NCBI GenBank assembly: GCA_963779755.1
Contig: CAVZZO010000003.1
Coordinates: 1,152,001 to 1,216,000, forward strand
From: an uncultured Gemmatimonadales bacterium
GTDB lineage: Bacteria > Gemmatimonadota > Gemmatimonadetes > Gemmatimonadales > GWC2-71-9
Direction of reading: 5' to 3'
DNA length: 64,000 nucleotides
In this document: piece after piece, positions 17,156 to 24,107 of the stretch
Layout of the letters: each line of letters starts with the position of its first letter
Position numbering within the stretch: position 1 is the stretch's first letter
Program-made: the position numbers and the translations under genes
The notes under the pieces: model-generated
Seen by the model: the letters and a program-made list of their open reading frames with translations, nothing else
Told to the model about the DNA's origin: nothing
Database searches by the model: none

Positions 17156-17856
17156 TGCAGGGTGGCGGCGCGCCGGGCCTGGCACCCGCTCCGGCAGCAG
17201 CCGGAGGCTGGTGGTGGCGGGGGCTGTTGCTCCTGGCGCTGGGGCTTGCCCTGCCCGGGCCATACCTGGCCGCGCAGGAGGGAGTCCGGCTGGACGTGGC
17301 CCTGGCCGACAGCTCCGGCCGGGGCAGCCACGAGGCGGTGGTGCGCGAGCGCGGCCTCCTCGACGACCAGCGCTGGACCGACCTGCTGCGCTCCGGCTTT
17401 CCGCTGCGCCTGCACTACCGGCTGGAGTTGTGGCGGGCCCGGAGCGGGTGGTTCGACGACCTGCAGCGGACGGTGGAGTGGGACGTGGTGGTGCGGCACG
17501 AACCGCTGCTGGACCAGTACGCCGTCAGCATCATCACGCCCGGCGGCTCGCGCGAACACCGCTATCCCAGCCTGGAGCGGCTGAGCAATGCCCTGGGCGT
17601 GGTCTACCGCATCGCGATCGGCCCCGCGGCGACCGGCGAGTTCTACTACAAGGCGAGCCTGCGGGTATCCACCCTGTCGGATGCCGACCTGGATGCGCTG
17701 GAGCAGTTTCTCCGGGGCGAAGCGACCGATACCACCGGCCCCACGGACCTGGGGAGCGTGGTGAGCCGCAGCACCGCCCGGCTGCTGCTCAAGCTGGGCG
17801 GCCTGCCGACGGTGACGGTGGAAGGAAGAAGCGGGAAGTTTGCGGTGGGTCGTTAG
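17155..17856 (+). CDS. DUF4390-like exported protein
   Basis: Start coupled to the upstream stop (TGATG). 'LRSGFPLRLHYRLELWRARSGWFD...VRHEPLLDQY' resembles DUF4390. Confidence 0.6.
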   Translation: MQGGGAPGLAPAPAAAGGWWWRGLLLLALGLALPGPYLAAQEGVRLDVALADSSGRGSHEAVVRERGLLDDQRWTDLLRSGFPLRLHYRLELWRARSGWFDDLQRTVEWDVVVRHEPLLDQYAVSIITPGGSREHRYPSLERLSNALGVVYRIAIGPAATGEFYYKASLRVSTLSDADLDALEQFLRGEATDTTGPTDLGSVVSRSTARLLLKLGGLPTVTVEGRSGKFAVGR

Positions 17857-17945
17857 TCGCTGGTCGCTAGTCGCCAGCTACCGGGGCGCCCTTCGGGCAT
17901 GCGATTTTCCGGTTGTAGCGCCTGGCGACCAGCGTCCAGCGACTA
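17849..17945. repeat. Inverted heptamer arrays (GTCGYTA)x4 ... (YAGCGAC)x4
   Basis: Both stop codons of the convergent genes lie inside the arrays. Same family as 29420-29538. Confidence 0.8.
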
Positions 17946-18491
17946 TCCGCCCAGCGCCCGCAGCGCGTCCTCGCCGTAGAACAGCCGGATGTACTTCGCC
18001 TGCTTGTCGGTCAGGCGGCGGACCGCCCAGGAGAGGTGCACGAAGTGCGGCTCCACCGGCGAATGCAGCGGCAGCATGCCGCACTCCGCGGGGAGGTGGT
18101 TCCCCTTGCGGGTATTGCAGCTGCTGCAGGCGGTCACCACGTTGCTCCACTCGTTGGTGCCGCCGCGCGAGATCGGCACCAGGTGGTCGCGGGTGAGGCA
18201 CTCGCGCGGCCGCAGCTCGTTCTGTCGCCGATGGCAGAACTGGCAGCGGTAATCGTCGCGGGCGAAGAGGAAGGTATTGGTAACCTGGCGGCGGAAGCGG
18301 CGCGGCACGTGCACGAACCGCACCAGCCGGATGATCGCCGGCCGGGGCAGCGTCAGCCGCTCGCTCCGGACCGGTTCGCCATGCTCCGCCTCGACGATCT
18401 CGGCCTTGCCGTCGATGACCAGCCGCAGGGCGCGCCGGATGGGCACCATGGTCAGCGGCTCGAATGAGGCATTCAGGGCAAGGCAGCGCAC
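17943..18491 (-). CDS. HNH endonuclease (McrA-like)
   Basis: 'CLALNASFEPL', 'RDDYRCQFC', 'TRDHLVPISRGG..EWSNVVTACSSCNTRKG'. Confidence 0.93.
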   Translation of the reverse strand: MRCLALNASFEPLTMVPIRRALRLVIDGKAEIVEAEHGEPVRSERLTLPRPAIIRLVRFVHVPRRFRRQVTNTFLFARDDYRCQFCHRRQNELRPRECLTRDHLVPISRGGTNEWSNVVTACSSCNTRKGNHLPAECGMLPLHSPVEPHFVHLSWAVRRLTDKQAKYIRLFYGEDALRALGG

Positions 18492-18671
18492 GAGTCACCT
18501 CCGGGACCAGGGCGTCCGGGCCGCAAAAGAGGCCCGCACCATCCCGCGGGATGGGACGAGCCAGGAAAACCCTCCCGCCGTCCCACGACGCCCTTCCGCC
18601 ATTGGAGTACTCAGAATGTTACATGCGGGGCGGGAGAGGGGGCAAGAGAGCCGCCGGCCGGTGGTCGCCAG

Positions 18672-19124
18672 TCACAAGGCCTGGCGAGCGGTCCGCTCCA
18701 GCCGCTGCTCCACCCGCGCCCGCTCCGCCTCGCCCCGGGCGACCACCAGGACGGTATCGTGTCCGGCCACCGTGCCGGCGATTTCGGACCAGCCTGCTTC
18801 ATCCAGCGCCGAGGCGAGCGCGGCGGCCCCGCCGGGCACCGTATGCAGCACCAGCAGAGCACCCACGCCCTCCAGGGACCGCAGCAGCACCTGCACCAGG
18901 GGAGCGAGCTCGGTGGCGCGCCCCTCCGCAGGCTCGGTATAGAAGGCGCCGCCATCGGGGTCGGCCTGCTTCACCAGCGCCAGCTCCCGGATGTCACGCG
19001 AGAGAGTGGCCTGCGTCACCTGCATGCCCTCCCGCTCCAGGGCCTCGCGGAGCGCATCCTGGTTGGGAACCCTGCGGGATCGGACCACCCGGAGAATGGC
19101 GGCGTGGCGGAGGAGCTTGGACAT
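18672..19124 (-). CDS. argR: Arginine repressor family regulator
   Basis: 'RHAAIL...NQDAL..AL..EGMQVTQATLSRDIRELALVK' and C-terminal 'TVPGGA...EIAGTVAGHDT'. Confidence 0.88.
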   Translation of the reverse strand: MSKLLRHAAILRVVRSRRVPNQDALREALEREGMQVTQATLSRDIRELALVKQADPDGGAFYTEPAEGRATELAPLVQVLLRSLEGVGALLVLHTVPGGAAALASALDEAGWSEIAGTVAGHDTVLVVARGEAERARVEQRLERTARQAL

Positions 19125-19140
19125 GACGAGAAGGCCAAAC

Positions 19141-19180
19141 GGGAAAGGGGAAAGGGGAAACGGGAAACGGGAAAGGAAAC
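19141..19180. repeat. Heptamer array (GGGAAAS)x5
   Basis: Directly visible upstream of argR. Confidence 0.8.
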
Positions 19181-19198
19181 CAGGAATCCCCCGGGACC

Positions 19199-19757
19199 TC
19201 AGGGCAGATCCGACCCTTTCGCCGGGCTCAGGTAGTGCGCGTCCACGTAGGCGGTCCCGCTGTCCGACGCGACCTCGTACCAGCCTCCCTGCAGAGCGCC
19301 CACCAGAACCATCTCGCCGGGACGGAGAATCCGGACCACCGGCGACTGGCCGCTGCGTCCGGTGTGCACGTTGACCCAGGTGCTGGCGTAGCGGCGCTCG
19401 CCGGCCGCCGGCTTCGGCGATCCGGAGCGCGGCAGGCGCGGGGACCGGTACGGCGGGAGCCACGGGACCCGAGACCGGCTCCACGGCGGGCGCGGCGGCG
19501 GCCGGAACAGAGTCGAACGTCGTCATCGCCGGCTGAGGCCGGGAGACACGCGGAGCCCGAAACCCGCCACGTAGCGTGTTCAGCACGACCAGGCCGATGA
19601 CCACGGCGGCAAGCACGACGACGAACGGCAACCGGCGCCGGCTCCCGGGCGCACGGTTGGGAATGTGGCCGCTCTCGAGCGCCCGGCCGCACCCGGGACA
19701 GCGGGTCGCGACCGCCAGTGCTTTCTGGCCGCAGTTGGGACACTCGATGTAGGACAT
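19199..19757 (-). CDS. Zinc-ribbon / TM / Pro-Ala linker / bacterial SH3 domain protein (one frameshift ~19410)
   Basis: 'CPNCG...CPGCG' then a TM helix. The shifted frame gives SH3b-like 'RYASTWVNVHTGRSGQSPVVRILRPGEMVLV...GWYEV...AYVDAHYL'. Confidence 0.72.
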
Positions 19758-19784
19758 GGGCTGCTGCAAGTTGGGGCCGGGAGC

Positions 19785-19848
19785 GGCAGGACGGCAAGGA
19801 GGAAGACGGCAGGACGGCAGGACGGCAAGACGGCAGGACGGCAGGAAG
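19785..19848. repeat. Octamer array (GGCAGGAC)x~8
   Basis: Directly visible between the amidohydrolase and the Zn-ribbon gene. Confidence 0.85.
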
Positions 19849-19855
19849 CCGGAAT

Positions 19856-21077
19856 TCAGTAGACCACCCGTCCGTTCAGGACGGTCCGCTGGACGTCTTG
19901 CGGCCGGGAGGCCAGCAAGGCCTCGAGCACACCGCCGTCCTCGACCTCCGCCGGGAGGCCAATCGCCACCAGGTCGCCCCATTTCCCCGGTTCCAGGCTG
20001 CCGATCTCCTCCGCCAGCCCGAGCGCGCGCGCGGCTTCCAGCGTCACCAGCCCCATTGCACTCTCGACGCTGAGTCCCGCCAGCGCGCGGGCTGCCCTGG
20101 CCTCCGCCAGGAGATCGAGCGGCGCCACGCTGGCCGCCGAATCGGTGCCGACCCCCACCCGCACCCGCGCCTCGAGCAGCTTCGAAAGCGGCGCGTCGCC
20201 GTGGCCGTGGCGGCGGTTGCTCCGGGGACAGTGCGCCACGGCCGAGCCGCTCCGCACCAGCCGCCGGATATCGCCGTCATCCGCCCGGATGCTGTGGATG
20301 CAGAGGGTTCGCTCGCCCAGCACGCCGTGACGGTCCAGCCAGGCCAGCGGCGTGCATGCCGCGCCGGGAAGCGGAATGCCCCGCGCCTCCCAGCGGGCGG
20401 CGAAGGTTCCCGACCCGGCGGCGAGCAGCTCGGCTTCGGCCGCCGACTCGGCGATGTGCACCGCCACCGGCAACCCCTCGGCCTGGGCCCAGCGCGCCAC
20501 CTGACGGTAGAGCGGGCCGCTCACCGTGTAGGGCGCGTGCGGCGAGACGCCGATGCGCACCCGGGGGGCGGCGGCGGCGCGCGCCTCCGCAACCCGGGAG
20601 CGGAGCTCCGCCAGGCTGGCATCCGCATCGGCCGGATGGGGCCCGAAGACTTCCAGGTACGCGATGCCGGAGCCCTGCCGTTGGCTCAGCGCCCGCCAGA
20701 CCGCGCCGGAATCGCCGGTATCCGCCACGGTGGTGACGCCCGCGGCGTAACACTGCTCCAGCCCGCTGCTGAGCGGCCTGGAGAAACTCCTCCGGGCTCC
20801 GCTCCCGCTTGAGCCGCACCAGATGCTGGATCCAGTCGGCGAAGTCGTCGTCCGGCACCCGGTGCTCGAGCCCGGTCAGCTCCAGGTGGGTATGGGTGTT
20901 GACCAGGCCGGGAAGGATCGCGGCACCGGGGAACCGCTGGGTGGCGACGCCGGGGGGGGCGGGGACCTCGGCCTCCGGTCCCACGGCGGCGATACGGCCG
21001 CGCTGGTCCAGCAGCACGGCCCCTCCGGCAATGAGACGCTCGCCGGTCCAGAGCCAGGGAGCGGAATAGCGAGTCAC
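19856..21077 (-). CDS. Amidohydrolase-family metal-dependent deaminase (one frameshift ~20765)
   Basis: 'PGLVNTHTHLEL' in one frame, then 'SPHAPYTV', 'HIAES', 'HCPRSN', 'VGTDS', 'GSLEPGKWGD' in the next. Confidence 0.85.
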
Positions 21078-21165
21078 GATAGAGCTGGAGAAAAGGAAAA
21101 AGGACTGAGAGGAAAGTAGCGGAGTGGTTGCTTTTCTCTCAGTCCTTTTCTCTTTCAACTGTGGT

Positions 21166-23331
21166 TCAGGGTTGCCTTGGCCCCGGGTTGAAGGGCTGGT
21201 TCTGGCCGGCGCCGGGCGCGAACGGGTTGTGGATGGGACAGAACTCGGTGGGCCCGGTGCCCGGAATGAAGGACTCGACATAGCGGTCCTCCCTGGGGCA
21301 GAACGGGGTGTAGCGGTAGCCGGTGGACTTGTCGATGGTATCGAAGGTGAGCCCGTCGGGCCGGGACCATTCCTGCGGCACCGGCCGCCGCTCGTAGATC
21401 TCCTTCATCATGGCCGTCCAGGCCGGCGCGGCCAGCCGCCCGCCCTGGGCATCGGGCATGATCTTCTCCGGCTGGTCCATGCCCATCCAGACGCCGGTGA
21501 CCAGATCGGGCGTGAAGCCGATGAACCACACGTCGAAGTTGTCGTTGGTGGTGCCGGTCTTGCCGCCGGCCGGAATGGTCCAGCCCGAGCCGGTGGTGGC
21601 CGAGTAGGCGGTGCCCCGGCGCACCACGTCGCGCAGCACGTCGGTAATGAGCCAGGCCTGTTCCTGGTCCATGACCCGTTCGGAGTGCTCCTGCGGCTGC
21701 CAGACGATATTGCCGTCCTTGTCTTCCACCCGCAGGATGCCGACAGGCGCCGTGCGGACGCCCTGGGTGGCGAACGGCGTATAGGCCGAGATCAGCTCCA
21801 GCGGCTGCAGCGCGGCGGACCCGATGTAGATCGACGGGAAGGGCGGAATCCTGGTGGTGATGCCGAAGCGGGTGGCTTCGCTGATCACCGCCTCCGGCCC
21901 CAGCTCCATCCCCAGCCGCACCGCCACCGTGTTGCGGGATCGGTAGAGCGCCTCGCGCAGCGTCATGGGGCCGTCGAACTTGCTGTCGTAGTTCTGCGGC
22001 TCCCAGGGCGCCTCGGTCGTGTCCGCCGCGGGGACGCTGAGGGGCTCGTCCACGATAATCTTCGACAGCGGGTAGCCGGCGCGGATGGCGGCGGAATAGA
22101 CGAACGGCTTGAAGGTGGAGCCGGCCTGCCGCCGGGCCTGGATCGCGCGGTTGAACTTGTTGTCGTTGAAGTCGCGCCCGCCCACCATGGCGAGGATGTG
22201 GCCGGTCTTCGCCTCGAGCGTGACCGCCACTCCCTGCAGGTAGGGCGAATTCACCGGCCCCTCCTCGCGCCCCGATTCTTCCTTCTTCTGCAGATACTCG
22301 GCGTAGGTGATCCGGTGATACGGCCCGTACTGGCCGTGCTCGATCTTGTCCAGCTGTTCCGCCAGAGCGCGCTCGTCGGCCTGCTGCACGTCCAGGTCCA
22401 GCGTGGTGTAGATGCGGTAGCCTTCGCGGTAGATCTCCGGCCCGAACCGCCCTACCAGCTGCTGGCGCACGAATTCAACGAAATAGGGCGCGATGTCGCT
22501 GTAGTCGCTGCGGGAGGACAGCACCAGGGGATAGGCCTTCCAGCGCTCCGCCTCCTGGGGCGTGAGGTATCCGCTGTCGCGCAGCAGGTTCAGCACCACG
22601 TTCCGTCGCATGACCGCCCGGCGCGGATAGCGCCGGGGATTGTACAAGGTCGGCGCCTTGGGCAGCGCCGCCAGCATGGCGGCCTCGGCCACGTTCACGT
22701 CGCGCACCGACTTGCCGAAATACCGCTGCGACGCGGCCTCCACCCCGAAGGCGCCGTTCCCCAGCTCGATCTGGTTGAGGTAGAGCTCGAGGATGCGGTC
22801 CTTGGAGTAGTTCTTCTCGATTTCGAACGCCACCTGCGCCTCGCGCAGCTTGCGGCTGATGGTGCGGTCGCGGCCGTTGATCTGGTCCTGGAACAGATTC
22901 CGGGCCAGCTGCATGGTGATGGTGCTGAAGCCCTGGGCGATCCGCAGGCTCAGCAGATTGGCCTTGACCGCTCCCAGCACCCGCCAGTAGTCCACCCCGT
23001 GGTGCCGGTAGAAGCGCTTGTCTTCGGTCACCACGAAAGCGGCCTTCACGGCCGGGGCCATCTGGGCCAGCGGCACGACCGTCCGGCGCTGATAGCCCAG
23101 CTCGGTAATAAGCCGGCCATCGGCGGCATAGACCTTGGACGCCTGCTGGGGATCGAACTCGCCCTGCTGCAAGCCGGCAATGGAGGGACACGCCTCGCCC
23201 GCGCAGACGCGGGTCCACGCGCCGAGGCCGAGCGACAGCCCGAACACGCCAAGCGCGAGCACGGCGATGAGCAGGGGATTGCGGATGCGGGGATTGTACC
23301 ACCAGGACAGCCGCGGAAACCGACGGGACAT
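21166..23331 (-). CDS. Class A penicillin-binding protein (PBP1A family)
   Basis: Transglycosylase 'EDKRFYRHHGVD', 'GFSTITMQLARN', 'RKLRE', 'YLNQI'. Transpeptidase 'STFK', 'SRN', 'KTGT'. Confidence 0.95.
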   Translation of the reverse strand: MSRRFPRLSWWYNPRIRNPLLIAVLALGVFGLSLGLGAWTRVCAGEACPSIAGLQQGEFDPQQASKVYAADGRLITELGYQRRTVVPLAQMAPAVKAAFVVTEDKRFYRHHGVDYWRVLGAVKANLLSLRIAQGFSTITMQLARNLFQDQINGRDRTISRKLREAQVAFEIEKNYSKDRILELYLNQIELGNGAFGVEAASQRYFGKSVRDVNVAEAAMLAALPKAPTLYNPRRYPRRAVMRRNVVLNLLRDSGYLTPQEAERWKAYPLVLSSRSDYSDIAPYFVEFVRQQLVGRFGPEIYREGYRIYTTLDLDVQQADERALAEQLDKIEHGQYGPYHRITYAEYLQKKEESGREEGPVNSPYLQGVAVTLEAKTGHILAMVGGRDFNDNKFNRAIQARRQAGSTFKPFVYSAAIRAGYPLSKIIVDEPLSVPAADTTEAPWEPQNYDSKFDGPMTLREALYRSRNTVAVRLGMELGPEAVISEATRFGITTRIPPFPSIYIGSAALQPLELISAYTPFATQGVRTAPVGILRVEDKDGNIVWQPQEHSERVMDQEQAWLITDVLRDVVRRGTAYSATTGSGWTIPAGGKTGTTNDNFDVWFIGFTPDLVTGVWMGMDQPEKIMPDAQGGRLAAPAWTAMMKEIYERRPVPQEWSRPDGLTFDTIDKSTGYRYTPFCPREDRYVESFIPGTGPTEFCPIHNPFAPGAGQNQPFNPGPRQP

Positions 23332-23384
23332 GTGAGGGAAAATAGAGGGTGGGACGGAAAGGCGGTAGGAGAGGAAAGAGGAAA

Positions 23385-24063
23385 GGACTGAGGACTGAGG
23401 ACTGGGGGCTGAGGGCTGAGTCCACCCGCAGCCGATGGCTCCCGGAGCGGGCGTAGGTGCCCCTGCACAGCGGGGAGCCAATCCCCTGTTAGCACCTCCA
23501 GGCCGCGGAGGGAGCCACGGCGAGGGTGGACGGTGGGCTACTGCAGGATGGGGAGGGACTGAGGGCTGAGGGCTGAGGGCTGAGGGCTGAGTCCACCCGA
23601 AGCCGATGGCTCCCGGAGCGGGCGTAGGTGCCCGTGCGCAGCAGGGAGCTAATCGCCTGTTAGCACCTCCAGGCCGCGGAGGGAGCCACGGCGAGGGTGG
23701 ACGATGGGCTACTGCAAGATGGGGAGGGTCTGAGGACTGAGGGCTGAGGACTGAGGGCTGAGTCCACCCGAAGCCGATGGCTCCCGGAGCGGGCGTAGGT
23801 GCCCGTGCGCAGCGGGGAGCTAATCGCCCTGTTAGCACCTCCAGGCCGCGGAGGGAGCCACGGCGAGGGTAGACGATGGGCTACTGCAAGATGGGGAGGG
23901 TCCGAGGACTGAGGGCTGAGGACTGAGGGCTGAGTCCACCCGAAGCCGATGGCTCCCGGAGCGGGCGTAGGTGCCCGTGCGCAGCGGGGAGCCAATCCCC
24001 TGTTAGCACCTCCAGGCCGCGGAGGGAGCCACGGCGAGGGTGGACGATGGACTGAGGACTGAG
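23385..24063. repeat. Tandem array of four 171/172-bp units, each a 112-bp imperfect hairpin plus linker and (CTGAGGR)n heptamers
   Basis: GTCCACCC...GGGTRGAC cores start at 23420, 23591, 23762 and 23934. A fifth core is at 27054-27165. Confidence 0.95.
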
Positions 24064-24107
24064 GGGGGCGGCGGGGTGGTATCGGTGCTGCCGGAGCCGG
24101 CACACAC

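Noticed and set aside
17943..18491. HNH nuclease as a defence or mobile-element gene
   Set aside because: It belongs to a common stand-alone McrA-like HNH family, has host-like codon usage, and has no methyltransferase, integrase or other defence genes adjacent.
18672..19982. 436-aa Zn-ribbon/ArgR fusion ORF
   Set aside because: Artefact of a frameshift in the upstream Zn-ribbon/SH3 gene reading through a repeat-filled gap. ArgR has its own ATG at 19124.
23420..23560. Known RNA identity for the hairpin element (6S RNA, HDV-like ribozyme, or a 16S rRNA helix 44 fragment)
   Set aside because: Short resemblances exist (GGGCACCTAC; ACCTCC...TGGGCTAC; CACCCGAAGCCG...GGAGGGAGCC). However, it is too short and multi-copy for 6S, the HDV P1/P3 pairings cannot be formed, and no flanking rRNA sequence is present. 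An Rfam search would settle it.
23385..24063. CRISPR array
   Set aside because: Repeats are 112 bp, the intervening sequences are near-identical rather than unique spacers, and there are no cas genes in the window.
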